DNA of 56,147 bases, the filler included, from Catajapyx aquilonaris (Eukaryota), in NCBI GenBank assembly GCA_000934665.2. It is 2 parts of 2 records of this genome, joined end to end, with 100 filler letters (N's around TTAATTAATTAA, not from the genome) between each part and the next. Parts side by side here need not be neighbours in the genome. Positions count along the whole stretch, not along the records: positions 1 to 27,988 come from JYFJ02004972.1; 1 more part is not named here. One strand, written 5' to 3'. A model generated the notes under the pieces. The model saw only the letters and a program-made list of their open reading frames with translations. It was not told where the DNA came from and did not search any database. Positions 12,583 through 25,474 of this stretch are shown one piece after another. The position numbers and the translations under genes were made by a program. Every line of letters begins with the position of its first letter. Within the stretch, counting starts at the first letter, position 1.

Positions 12583-13538
12583 ATGATGCAGACGGGTTAC
12601 AGTGCCCTTACTAAAATGCTACTGGCAGAGGCAGAATCCGACCGTCAGATATACACCTTTCCGTCCCCATACCTGGTGTCGGCTACTCCCTACTTGGACC
12701 TAGCATTTCATCCCCAAGTGGAGGAGGTGCGCATGCGAGGTCAAGGCCGCATTGGATCTGCTCTTCGCGTGTGCAAAGCAGTCCTTGTGGGTGATGTTGG
12801 GGTTGGCAAGACCTCTCTGGTGCGCAAGTTCAATGGGCAAGGGTTCCAGAACACCTACAAGGCTACAATTGGGGTTGACTTTTTGGTGGAGCGATTTGAC
12901 ATCCTGGGCATGCCATTCAACATGCAGCTGTGGGACACTGCAGGGCTTGAGCGCTTCAGGACCATAGCTGCCTCTTATTACAGAGGAGCACAAGTGCTCA
13001 TCGTGGTGTTTGACCCAACCCATCCAGATAGTCTTATGCACTGTCCCAGATGGCATCAGGACGCTGTCAGTGCCAACCCTTCTCGTAGGCCCCTCTGCTT
13101 CCTGGTTGGGACAAAGCGAGATCTGCTGGTGAGTTTTCATGTATTGTCACATTACGGGTGTTAACACTTGTTGCACATTGTGCAAGAAGAAGCCATCCCA
13201 AAACAATATTTTCATGGAATTGAGATGTTATGTCAAACTTCTTTCACTTTCAGTCAGATGTGGTCTTCAAGGATACACTGCGGACTGCCAGTGAAATGGC
13301 CCAGGCTCTGGATTCAGAATTGTGGCTGGTCTCTTCCAAGACAGGAGAGTCGGTTGACAATTTCTTTTTCCGAGTTGCAGCATTGGCCTTCCAGGAGGGA
13401 CTCCTGGCCGAGCTCAAGGGAGATGCGCAGGGTGCCAGGACACCTATCTCTCTGGCTGAGAACACAAACACCATTGGAGATAACTATGGAAGGAAGAAGC
13501 AGCAAAAATGCTTTGGCTCTTCCAGTTGCCATACCTAA
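12583..13538 (+). CDS. RAB34: Rab34/Rab36-family small GTPase
   Basis: Exons 12583-13128, 13254-13538. N-terminal extension, GDVGVGKTS, YKATIGVDF..ERFDILG.PF..QLWDTAG, YYRGAQ, GTKRDL, VSSKTGE, FFFRVAALAF, all typical of Rab34/36. Rab34 versus Rab36 is a vertebrate split, so the symbol is nominal. Confidence 0.88.
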
Positions 13539-14650
13539 AAAAAATCCATCCAAAAATGGATGGTGTGAAGAGTCATTTACAAATTGCCAGTTCTTTTTGG
13601 AAGGAGTGTTACTTCCATTTCTCATAAAAATCATGATATTGATTTTTATGACCTCTGTCCATTTCCAATAAGCTAAGAAGGGTATAGATCATGCTGCTTG
13701 ATTATTCAGAAGTCTGAAACCAGTAGTTGTTTTCAGTCAATATGATTACATAATCATGATTACATATCTGGAATAAGTTTTGTAACCAAAGGAAATATTT
13801 ACAACTCGTGTTTGAAAATAAGAAAATATTGATCATTCCCGATGTGATAAGCAGATAAGGGTAAAAATTATGATACAAATGATTAGCAGACAAAACATTT
13901 GGAAGAACAGCACATTTTTTAAGCGATCTCATTATACCTCAATAATAACGACCAAATATTATCATGCCTTTTGAACACCTGCTAAAACACTAGTTATTTT
14001 TCTTCCAGAGGAGCAGTGCCTTATTTTGATACGTAAAACCTGAGAATCCTAATAACACTGCAACTTTAATTTTTTAAACTGTGTCATTTATGTTGACTCC
14101 AATAACCATATCACAGAGAGTGTAATTCTGACTGAGATATTTTCATAGTTTTGTTAAATGTAGGATGCTTTGTAATGTATGGATCTCATGTGAGTTGAAC
14201 TTGTGACAACGTACCAAAGTGTAGTACTGAAGTTGTAATATTATTTAGCCAAAGACAAACATGTGTTGTGAACTGTACTGTACAAGCGTGTCATGACAAT
14301 CATGAGTCAGTGACCAAAGGTTTATTTATTTACAAGCTTTCATTAAATTGAGACTGTACTACAGGATAACTGATTTGTATTAATTTCCCATCACTGACAG
14401 CCCACGACGATTGAAATACAGTACCGTAGTGATAATCGCGTATAAAGTCGACGTGATCGCCGTGCTCTGAAAATAGCTGCTACTTTAATCACTGCTTTTT
14501 GACGTCATTTTAGAGGCGCCGGTTTATACGTGCAGTTCATACTAGAAGTGTCAGGATTGGTCGCACATGAAGAACACTGCAATCCGATTGGATGGTAGTC
14601 CGCGCAGTCGCTTTACACCCTGAACCCGTCGAATGACGTCAGAGGCAAAT

Positions 14651-17600
14651 ATGGCGCTGGACAATCCAGGTTCGGGCGGCGTGGTCCATCGGGCAGGAAC
14701 CCTGAAGCAGCAGAACAAGTCTCATAAGCACGGGAAGCATCGCAGCAAGGGCTCCATCGACGCTGTCAACAAGGGTGAGTAACTGCAGCAGAATCTTAGC
14801 TTGAACTGCACATACCACATATGGTTATTGCAACTTGTACAACAGAAAAATATGTGTCAAGCTTTTGGACAGTGTAACACTTGTAACGTGTGTAATATTT
14901 GGCAGGTCGTGTCCCTGTAAAAGTGCAGTCGAAGCGCAGGCGTAATGAGATCCGACGAGAGGAGCGTCGCCACCAGGCGAAACATAACCGGCAACAGAAG
15001 AGGGAGCAAGTGCTGGCCCAGAAGCGGCACCTTGGAGGTTCATCCGATGGCCCACCGCATTTTGTGGCGATCCTTAGCCTGTCGTCTGACTCCTATCACA
15101 TTAACCAGGTGATGGATGCACTGCAGGATGCACATCCAGATGCACTATTAACCACCTCTTCACGAGGAGTCATACATCTCAGGTAACAAAACAAAACAAA
15201 AAAATTGTCATATGTATTTTCGGACAGTTAATGACATGTTTTGTTTTCATAGCATCCCGCAGCTGAAGCGGCGCTTTGCCTTTTTGGCTCCTCCCGCGGA
15301 CAATCTCTGGGCTGTTCTAGATGCTTGCAAAATTGCCCACACCCTTTTACTGGTGGCTGAGGCAGATGTGGAGATGGATCAGAAGGCCCTGCAGTTGGTG
15401 TCATGTGTGGCAGGCCAATGGCTGCCTTCCTGTGTGGTGGCAATACAGGGTACTGCCAGTATGAATCCAAAAGTAAGAATTTCATTATATGAAGGAATTC
15501 CAGCGATCCTATTATGCTCCTTCCATAAGGAAATGAAGGATTTGCTAATCCTTCAGTCACTCCCCTACTGCCCATTCCGACAAGCTCATGTTCATTTACA
15601 AACGTGTGATATGATTTTTATGTAAAGTGCTTGTAGTTTTGGTAATAATGTGTCGTTTGATCTTGCAGAGGAAGTCTGAGGCAAAGCGGAATGTGATCAA
15701 AGCACTGGAAAGGCTCTTTCCTGTGGATAAGGTCCTTCCTGCAGACAGTGCAGCTGATGCTGTCATATTGCTCAGGCAAATTTCACTGCAAAAACAACCT
15801 GATCTGCCACAGAGAGACTCGCATGCACACCTGCTTGCAGAGGAGGTCACTTTTTTGCCATACCAGCATGATGTAAGTTCATCCCAACAACTACTGGGAC
15901 ATTAAAACTTACATTTGACAATTGCAGTGTGCATTTCAAACAGGGAATTTTATTTGTCTTGTGTTTAAGATGAAAATCCACTACTTAAGGACATATTAGA
16001 AATATTTGTATTGTTGTCCTGTCATTACAATTCTCGTAATGACAGCTGGGTCAGCGTGACTAATTCCATTACATGCATGAATACAGTTTCTTTAATCCTC
16101 TCTTTCTCGCAGCCTCTGAAAGGAACTCTGAAGGTATCTGGATACGTGATGGGACGCCCCTTATCTGTGAATGCTTTAATTCACATCCCAGGCTGGGGAG
16201 ATTTCCAGATGGAAAAGACCACACTGGCCCGTGACCCACATCCCCTGAAAGAAAGGAAGAGGGCTGGGGATGGCTATGAGAGTGATGCAGATGAAACACA
16301 AGTGTTGGAAGAACCTGACCCTGACCAACAAGAGAGCCTGCAGACAGAGACCAACTTAGAAGACAGGGGTCCAGATGGGGATCAGTGCCTTGGATCAGAC
16401 AATGAAGAGGAGGAAATGGATGTGAAGAAGGAAAAGCGGAGGGTTCCCAAGGGTACATCTGCATACCAGGCTGCCTGGATTTTTGAGTCTGATGAGGAAA
16501 GTGACGATGACATGGAGGAAAGTGAGGGAATGGGGGTAGATGAGAAAATGGAAGATGATGCCAGTAGCGATGGAGGAAGTGACCAGGACAATGAAGATGA
16601 CGAGAGCTTGAGCATAGCTGCTGAGGGGGACCCTGAGCGTTACAACCAAAAGGTGGATATTCGTGAAGAGGAGGACACATTGCAGAAAATCAGAGGTAGT
16701 TTCCTTCGCTGAATTAGTTAGTTTATCACTTTTGCCTTGCAAGAATAGCTGCTCTTCCAATTACATAGAAATGTTAACTATATGCTTGCAAGTAAAATAA
16801 CAGGTGAACAAACATAAGGAACCAGTTCAGTTTGTAACTAAGAACTTTCTTGATGCAGTGGATCACATGGGAGCCACTCTCATGCAACTAATCACTTTTT
16901 ATTCTCAGATGCACGTGAAGAAGCCATGTTCCCAGATGAGGTGGACACACCTGCTGATATGGCTGCCTCCGTCCGCTTCCAGAAATACCGTGGCCTCCAT
17001 TCATTTCGTACGTCTCCATGGGACCCCAAGGAAGACTTACTGCGGGACTATTCCCGTGTGTTCCAGTTCCGTCACTTCCGCCAGACAGCCAGGCGTGTGG
17101 CCCAGGCAGAAACAGTAGGGGCTCTTCCTGGTTGGTATATCACTTTGCACATCAAGGATGTCCCAGCCAGTGCCTCATCTCTGTGGGGAGAAGGGAATGC
17201 TTCAACACCATTGTTGCTTGTGGCTCTTCTGCCTCATGAACAGAAGATGTCTGTCATTAATTTGGTGCTTAGACGTCCACATGGATGCAATCAAGAGCCA
17301 ATTAGATCCAAGGAGAGGCTGCTGTTTCATGTGGGCTTCAGGCGCTTTTATGCTTGTCCTATTTTCAGCCAGCACGCTGTAGGGAACAAACACAAGGTAT
17401 GATCATTTTTAAATTTACCATGTTCACTGGAACGATTGTCTAAGTAGTAACCAGTTAATAAAATTGTAGCAGCTCTCTTTCAATAAGTTACAGTGTCCTG
17501 CATTATGAAAGCCAGGTGTGTTTCTGCAACCTGCCTACAAGCAGGCTTATGTTTCACACACTTAATCTATGGGTTGTAAAATTCTGTATGATATTGGTGG

Positions 17601-18321
17601 AATTTGGGGCCGGAGGGAAATTATTTGAGAAGTTACCCAGCATATGATAATTTAAATTACCTTTTTACTGAGGTATTTTTTCTTATAATGCTACACATAG
17701 CTTCAACATGGGCCTCTGCATTAAAATTAGTTGCAAAGGGAGATATCTCCTCTCTGAGACAAGCTTACTAATAGTATTTAATATGTTGCATTTTTTCAGT
17801 TTGAGCGCTTCTTTCAACCTGAGGCAACATGTGTGGCAACTATGTTTGCACCTATAACGTTTCCCCCTGCGTCTGTTCTGGTGTTCACGGAGAGCTCAGA
17901 TGGCAGTGGGATGCAAGAGTTGGTGGCAGCGGGATCCTTGCTTTCCGTGGATCCAGACCGTGTAGTGATCAAGAGGGCTGTTCTTAGTGGTCATCCTTAC
18001 AAGATACATCGCAGGTCCTCTGTCATACGCTACATGTTCTTCAGGCCAGAAGATATTCGATGGTTTAAACCAGTTCAGCTTCACACCAAACTGGGAAGGA
18101 GGGGTCACATCCAGGAACCATTGGGTATGTATTCATGTTCTGTTATGAGAACTGTTCTTATTTTGAATTTATTGACAGGTACGCATGGGCACATGAAGTG
18201 TGTGTTTAATGGACAGCTCAAGTCACAGGACACTGTGCTTATGAATCTGTATAAGAGGGTTTTCCCCAAGTGGACTTATGATCCATATGTAGCTTGTGAA
18301 AACATGCTTAAGGCGCAATAA
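14651..18321 (+). CDS. TSR1: Pre-rRNA-processing protein TSR1
   Basis: Exons 14651-14774, 14906-15182, 15253-15472, 15669-15872, 16113-16695, 16909-17396, 17800-18124, 18179-18321. Motifs HRAGTLKQQNKSHKHGKHRSKG, VPKGTSAYQAAWI, FPDEVDTP, RFQKYRGLHSFRTSPWDPKE, LGTHGHMKCVF, LYKRVFPKW. Confidence 0.97.
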
Positions 18322-19643
18322 ATTGTGTCAAGACCTTTGATTTTGATTTTTTTATTGTTCTGATCATTCCAGGCCTGAAATAAGTGGGTGTTGTTAATAA
18401 TATCATTTAAAAATTAGCATTGGTTTTTTTCCGGAATAGACGGAGTTGTGGAATCCATGTTTAAAATGGCTGCAGGGTATATTTTAATAATAATCGGGAT
18501 TTTTTTAAATAAATAATTTTTATGAATATGACTGATGCTGCATTTTTTTAAAGTTGGATATTGCTCACTAAAATGGATGTTAATGTACTGATTATGGCAG
18601 CACCTGGATGCAAGTGCAATATATCTAAACATGGTATTTAAATGAGTAATGAACAGCATGCAGTCATTAACATCATTATATTCCAGTTTTATTGTACAAT
18701 ACGCATCTTGAAGAATGGTCATCTGCCAATGCCATAAAATAGTATATGGTGATAGGCTATGTTATGCTTAGATTTTATTATTTTGGGTTTCCCAAGTTGT
18801 TTGTCTTCATGATTTATTGCAATACATTGTATTTTTTGCATATAAGGTGTGTAATGTTTTGAACTAATGATTGGGAGTAATTTCCATCTCCTATTTGCTC
18901 TTATAGGGAGAGGTTGTGACGTATATATTGTACAAGTATGTTGTAGTGTCAGAATTCTGCAGCATTTTTTTGTTTGGAATTTTGCTTTGTTGTGCCCTGA
19001 AAAGATGTAGTAATCTGAGCGCTGTGCTTCGGAGTAATTCTTGGCAGTACTTCGGTTTTAGGTCCATCCCTCTGTCATGGGAACAGTAGGTGTCAGATAA
19101 GATAATCTGCTTGAAGAGATAAGGTGAGATAAGTTGCAATACTTTTGTAAGGTGGTAGGCCTATGAACTTGTTTAAATTGATGGCCAACGGCACAGGAAG
19201 CTGTTGATAATAGTGCTAGTGGTGGGGTTTACAATAATCAAGACAATCTAGTTGTACTAACCATTGTATGGCAATTTTAACAACACCTGCATGTGCATTG
19301 TGAAGAAGACTGGAAAAGTTGCACTGATACTGTAGTAATAATCTGATCGTTGGTATCTTTGACCTTGCGCCACACAAGGAAGAAGTGGAAACTGATAAAA
19401 TTGTAGGCCTACAGATGGACGTTGAAACTCTATACGTCCTGCTGTAGTAATCATTTTGAACCTGAAGTTCAGGCGAGCCTAGTGGTGTTATTATTTTAAA
19501 TATTATTTAAAACTTTCACACAAAGTTTGAGAAATAATAGTCTTGTGTGATATGGTGATAATATTGTTTTATATCACACTTATCATTTGAGTTTTCAGAG
19601 GATGAGCTTGGTGTAATATTATTTCAAATCATTGCGACTTCCA

Positions 19644-22252
19644 ATGTCTTCGGAACGACCACACCCACCACCACTGAACAAGAGTTCACACCTTATTAGC
19701 AATGAAGAGAATGAACTCATATTTCAACTTATTGGAAGTTCATGCTTGGTGAGTATTAGTCCATTTACCAGATATTTACATCGTAGTCTAACCCCTTTCA
19801 TAACGTTCTTGGTACCACTTTCTGGAGACGTTGGAAGCATGCCTCCTGCCTTCCACAGTAACTTCTAACATCCCCATCCTAAACTTAGCACATGTTCTTT
19901 ACTTTGCATTGGCCGAACCTGTGGTTATTAAAATTATTCTAAATAGACATGCAGATCTGACCACTCAAATACTTGCATTGCTTATCACAATGACATCAGC
20001 TATTACCTTATTAGGATGATTTTTTTTGTATTACCTCGTGATAGGGCCAGAGGCTCTTTTAGGAGGGGAAGGGGAGGTTCCCAAGGGCGCTCTTAAATAG
20101 TTTTAAGTTATTTCTGACCCTCCCTCCTGCTTGGTTGGCGCGTTGGTCGGCAGCATAGCCACTAGACCACCATGCCTTACTAGGATGATAATCTATGAAC
20201 CATCCCAAAGTGTCTAGAAACTTTGCATGTTTCATATCGCTGATTTGTTTTCTGTTGTACCATTTCTAGACTTTGGCAACAACTGTGGCTCAACTGTTCT
20301 TCACTCGTCCTCCAGACCATTCTGTTTGGTTTGAGGAAACCTGTGGTGTAGTCTGCTTTGTGAAAGATAATTCCAGACGTTCATACTTCATCCAGCTTTT
20401 TTCCCTCACACACCAGCTGAAGCAATGGGAGCAGGATTTAAATTACAGCTATTTCAAGTACAAAATGCCACGAACATTTTTCCACACTTTTGAGAGTGAA
20501 GTAAGTGGATTTTCCTATGTCTTTTTTTTATTATAATTTTGCCCAACCCAGTGATTTAGGGTTGGGGGGATGGTAGTAGGATGGTGACCTCTTTCCTTCC
20601 CACTGTTTATGTAACTGAGCAGCACATTAGGCCTACTGTTGCTTGAAGGAAACTTCATGAATGCGTTGCAAGATAGTGATAAAACATGCTCTATCAACAT
20701 TGAGGGGTCCTAGGAAAAGATTTGTATTATTCAACATGAAATTAATTGTAGATAATTGCAATGAGTGAAATTAATGGAAGTTTTATGTCCATTTTTTGCC
20801 ATATGTCATTTTACATTAACTCTGTACAGAAGTATCATGAAATATTGATTATTCTCATAGATGTGTGTGGTGGGCCTCAACTTTATGGATGAAGGTGAAG
20901 CAAGGGTGTTTGGACAAGCTGTCCAAGCCAAGCTTCAACTGAAGCGAAGTAAGAAGAGAGCAAAACCACCACAACTACCAAAAAATACCATTGTGTCTGT
21001 TTCAACCCCTGACTTATCCTCTTCTGATGTTGTACTGAGGAAGATAGGGGTGCCTGCAACTAAGAGAGGCACACAGAAACGTACACGAAAGTTGACAGCT
21101 GCTGACATTGGTCAGCCAAAGGACTTTGTACATGTTGCTCATGCTGGCTTTGATCCTATTGATGGGTTTTCCACTACCATGAATGTGGATCCAAATATAA
21201 AAGTGATCCTGGAACAAAATGGAATTCCATCACATTTTCTGAACAAGCGAAAGACCCAGGAGTTAATATCTGACTACATTGAAAGTACTGGAGGTATTGA
21301 GGCCTTCAAGAAGGATATGGCCAGTTGTGCTGCACCAACCATTCCTCCGCCTGCACCACCAGTCCAATCATACTCTTCATCACCAGGGCGGCAGTATGAG
21401 GCTCCATCAGCTTCCCAGCCACCACCATTACTTCCTTTTCGGCCACGAACAGCCACAAATCCTGAGCCGAGGCATCCAAATGTGAGAGTTCCACCATCTG
21501 TTCCACCTAGAAATCCTCCTTCCATGCAGCCACCAAATCCAGTGGTGCCCACTCCCTCAACTACTGGAGTTAAAAACATATCAAGAAAGACAACTGGACC
21601 AGCAAGAAGGCAAACTCCTAAGCAGCATGTAAATACTTCCCCAAGAGCTCCCCCACCACTTGCACCATCACCATCTGCAGCACCACCACCTGTAGCACCA
21701 CCACCTGTAGCACCACCTGTAGCACCACCTATGGCATCACCGGCAACATCAGCTGTAGCACCGCCTCCGCCACCACCGCCTCCTCCTCCACCACCACCAG
21801 CAATGATGGCTGATGATGTCCTTTCTTCAGAACCTGTGCAACCATCACATGCACCTTCTAGAATCATGGAAGCTTCCAATCATGTGGGTCAAACTGATGT
21901 GAAGGTATGTCATTTAATTTTGTACAAGCCTGTGTTGTCTACAGTGGCTCACACTGAAACGTACTTGCAAAATGTTATTTTATTATATACCTTACAGGAG
22001 GCAGATCCAGAGAGTCATCAAGGAGGATCAGACTTGCTTCGCCAGATTCGGGCCGGTGTGGAGTTGAAGCCAGTTACAATGCCACAAGCATCGGAAATGA
22101 ATGGGGATGTTGACAATCTTGTTGGCAGACCAAGAGGCTTGGCTGAGATACTGAAGAAGAGAATGGTTGCTATTCACTCAGACTCAGATTCAGATGACAT
22201 GGCTGATGATGCCAATGATGACTCTTGGGGTGAAAGTGAATATGAATGTTAG
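19644..22252 (+). CDS. WASp: WASP/N-WASP-family actin nucleation promoting factor
   Basis: Exons 19644-19748, 20270-20500, 20861-21904, 21998-22252. WH1 (CGVVCFVKDNSRRSYFIQLF, FFHTFE, GLNF), basic patch, CRIB IGQPKDFVHVAH, polyproline, one WH2 (DLLRQIRAGVELKPV), central and acidic tail with Trp. Confidence 0.92.
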
Positions 22253-23710
22253 ATTACTTGTCATGCTGTACTGAATGTGCTGCATTGGAATCATTTGTAA
22301 TTTAACAAGAAAAACTGTAGCTTTGCTAATGTTTCAAACGGTTGTACAGGAGTCAATCTTAATGGTCAAACATTGGGATGGTATCAACATTTTTATTGTG
22401 TCCATGCTTGCATGCATGTGTCTGTAACTATTCTCCATCCTAGTCTGTATTATTCCCAATGTTTGACCAGAACTGTTTTGACAGACAGTACAGCGTATCC
22501 TTCGTAAACAAAATGCAGAGCTCTAAAAATTGGCATGACCTGCCATTGTCAACGCAGAATAAATAGGGAAAGTTAAAACCACGCTTCTCTTTTTCACATG
22601 ATATTAGATGATCTTATGAACCATTATTAGAATCCAATAAAAAATCTAGGTGCGCATAGCAATAAGTTATATCCTTGATCTATTTGTTTGCCTGTTTGAC
22701 ATTACTACGCCCTACCTTGGCCCTACCAAGAGCTAATAGCTCTTGGCCCCACTAATAAATCCGCCAGTACCATCGTTGAACCCATCTGGTTAATGTAACG
22801 CTACTTTGTCTGCGTTAAGGGCAGGCCACTTTAACCGTTTTATTTTTAGGAAAGAGGTCAAAATCACAAGGTTTGAGCTGTTGAGGTCAGGCAAATATGG
22901 AAGGGTTAAAAGTCCCTCGATTGAGATGAGAGCCGTCCTGAGATAAATCNNNNNNNNCCCCCCCCCCCCCCCCCCCAGAGGGGGTATTATTATTCCGTGT
23001 TTCCCAACTGCCTTCGATACATCCTTATCTTTTGATTACTTCAACCGAATCCATACAAGAGTAGGAGACGACATTGCTCTCAGTCTCACACATTGCTGGT
23101 CAATCGAGGCGTTCGAAAAAGAGTCGCTATTGACTCAAACGCTCATCACGTTATGAAAAGTAGCCGCTAATATCGTGTAGCTGCTATGCGAACATCTGCC
23201 AGGCGCCAAGCCAAGGAAGAAAGACAGGAAGTGCCGTGACTTTAGACACTTCTTCGCAGCTCTTTTCATCCCTAGTTCCCGTGCTATATAGTTCGGCTGC
23301 TGCGATAGAACCACTGCTGACTGCTGAGGGCGGAAGATTCTCCCTCCACTTCCTTGGCCTCCTGGTCCTGATTCATGGCGTCCGCAACCAGGTAGGATTA
23401 TGGCCTGAAAGGGCCAGGGGGGGAAGATCGACGTGGAAGGTGAGATCTGGCACACACGTTCCACGCCGATCTTTCCCCAGCGTCAGGATTCCCGACATTG
23501 CGCTGCTCACCTTAATAATAATTAACCAAATGATAAGCCAACTCATGGCAAAAATAATTATGGCTGGGGTGTGTAATTTCGATCAAACGGGATCAAACTG
23601 TCCCACTGTGTGATGTTCATCAGCCATTCTAGTGAGAGAGGAAAAAAAAAAAAAAAGATGCAGACAACAATGCTTCCACTCCATCACAATTTTCTCGGTG
23701 AAGCTGAGTA

Positions 23711-23898
23711 CACTGTAAACAGCAAAACATTAAAATAGCATCACTGGTGAGTCTCCCATGAAGCATCAGTTTTTAATGCTCTTGTGGCCCTTATTTTGTT
23801 GCTAAAAGCATCACAGGAGCGTTACAAATGCGTTAAAAATGAATGTTCCATGGGAGACTCACTAGTGCTGCTCATTTAATGTTTTGTGGTTTACAGTG
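23711..23898. mobile_element. CACTG-ended foldback MITE (CMC/EnSpm-like)
   Basis: TA|CACTGTAAAC...GTTTACAGTG|TA with ~70-bp imperfect arms including GTGAGTCTCCCATG / CATGGGAGACTCAC. Confidence 0.75.
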
Positions 23899-23981
23899 TA
23901 GCCAATGGGAGCTTGTCATAGGTGTGGTGCTGGCTCCACTCGGCTCCTCTTTGGACTCTAGATGCCCCATACCAAGGTATA

Positions 23982-24099
23982 TAGTCTGGTGACCCGGGGT
24001 AGCTTGCTCCCTTGGGTAGCTGGTTGTTTACTGCTATCCTTTTACATATGCTGCCATGGTGATTGCCCCCGGGATAGCTTACCCGGGGTCACCAGACTA
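23982..24099. mobile_element. Small foldback element, family unassigned
   Basis: TAGTCTGGTGACCC...GGGTCACCAGACTA terminal inverted repeats; no TSD seen. Confidence 0.6.
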
Positions 24100-24530
24100 G
24101 GGGCCCAAATGTATTATTTATCAAAACAAATTAGCGAAATGTACATTTTTAAAACATGAACTGGTAGATATTTGGTTTACACATCAAAAAAATGATTCAA
24201 GGAGTTTTTGTGTGTGTGGATTTTTTAAATGGGTTATCCTGTTACCTTCCACTATCAAAATTAATCAGCAGTACAGCATTGAGATCACGTTGGGAAATTT
24301 AAAGAGGATCCTGCCATGGAATAAGCATCATCTTCATTATTATTGTAGTTGCTGCTGCTGTTGCTTTGAAACCTTGAAAATGACTGTCACTTCATGGTTG
24401 AAATCAACCCTACAAGCAAGAACTGTTTTTGAATAGGCTTTTTATGGTCACGACCCTGATCCCAGATGGGTCAAATGCGGTGTTTATGCTGATATGTCAT
24501 CCTTTCAAAGGGACAGCTGCAGCAGCCTAA

Positions 24531-24711
24531 AGGCCGGTATCCACGTACGAGAATCCCGCATACGAGGAGCCGCGAGGAGCCAACTGCGCATGCCCAGATA
24601 CGAGGAAAGGGGGGAAAAGTAGAAAATTTTCTACTTTTTCCCCTTTCCTCGTATCTGGGCATGCGCAGTTGGCTCCTCGTATGCGGGATTCTCGTACGTG
24701 GATACCGGCCT
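24531..24711. mobile_element. PIF/Harbinger-type palindromic MITE
   Basis: TAA|AGGCCGGTATCCACGTACGAG...CTCGTACGTGGATACCGGCCT|TAA; self-complementary through the centre AGAAAATTTTCT. Confidence 0.88.
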
Positions 24712-25231
24712 TAAGCCTCTCTGCCTTGTGAGTGAGCAAAAAATTTCTAACATTCCCACTTGTTCCTCGAAAACTGGAGGGGCTATTTTGACAGAGCTCC
24801 TTGACTACCCAAGAATCAATGGGAGTGCAGGAACTACCTGTTTTATGCAATTTCACATTAACTCCAGTTCCAAAATTATGGGATCAAAAAAATTTAATCC
24901 GGGAATTTTGACAAAGGACATCATGGGTAAATCTTTATGTAAAAGTTGCGCTTTTGGATTTGGCTGAAACTAGATCAGTTGATGGACCTTGACCTAAGGG
25001 TCAATTGTTCTGAAGGCGGAAGAAATATACTGTGCCGTCTGGCCTCTAGAGGCGCTCAAAGTCGGACTTTCATGGAGTTTCAGGTGGTTCCTATCGGGCT
25101 AATTTTTATGTATGTTGTAGAGTTTCATGAGCTGAGTTGAATGAGCTATGTGGCAATTTTCTGCGACAAACGATGTGGCGACTAGATGCATAACCGAGTT
25201 CAACAACGGATCTTGCACCTACCGTATCTAC

Positions 25232-25462
25232 TTTAATTGATATTTAAGGAGGTTGGCCCAGCATTTTCCATTCAACCTCCAAGGATAGGGAAGGAAGGAA
25301 GCGGCTGTGGCCTATTATACGGAAGCGACCCCGGAATTATCCTAGAAAGACCGTGGAAAACCACAGAAAACCACGGTCAAGGTTGCCGGCCCCGGGATTC
25401 GAACCCAGGACCTCCCGATTAGCAGTCGGACGCCTTATCCACTATGCCAACCTGCTTCGGTT
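25232..25462 (-). mobile_element. tRNA-derived SINE
   Basis: Minus strand: A box TGGCATAGTGG, anticodon-like arm TCCGA-CTGCTAA-TCGGG, B box GGTTCGAATCC, then body GTGGTTTTC...TAGGCCACAGCCGCTTCCTT; flanked by direct repeat CTACCGTATCTAC (25219-25231, 25463-25475). Confidence 0.85.
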
Positions 25463-25474
25463 CTACCGTATCTA

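Noticed and set aside
15473..17799. Intronic snoRNAs in TSR1 (also checked XRN2 introns)
   Set aside because: Only partial C boxes or H-box-like words; no convincing C/D pair with terminal stem or full H/ACA fold by eye. A covariance-model scan would settle it.
20041..20176. Second tRNA-derived SINE in WASP intron 1
   Set aside because: A-box-like TGGTCTAGTGG on the minus strand, but no B box or TSD.
21274..21879. Gly-rich antisense ORF (and similar shadow ORFs such as 16069-16680, 31503-32123, 39195-39692)
   Set aside because: Reverse-strand by-products of real exons.
22977..23613. GC-richer segment with ORFs after the N gap
   Set aside because: No recognisable domain, splice structure or terminal repeats.
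25381..25461. Functional tRNA-Ser(GCT) gene on the minus strand
   Set aside because: No long variable arm, poor acceptor stem, continues into a SINE body and is bounded by a TSD.
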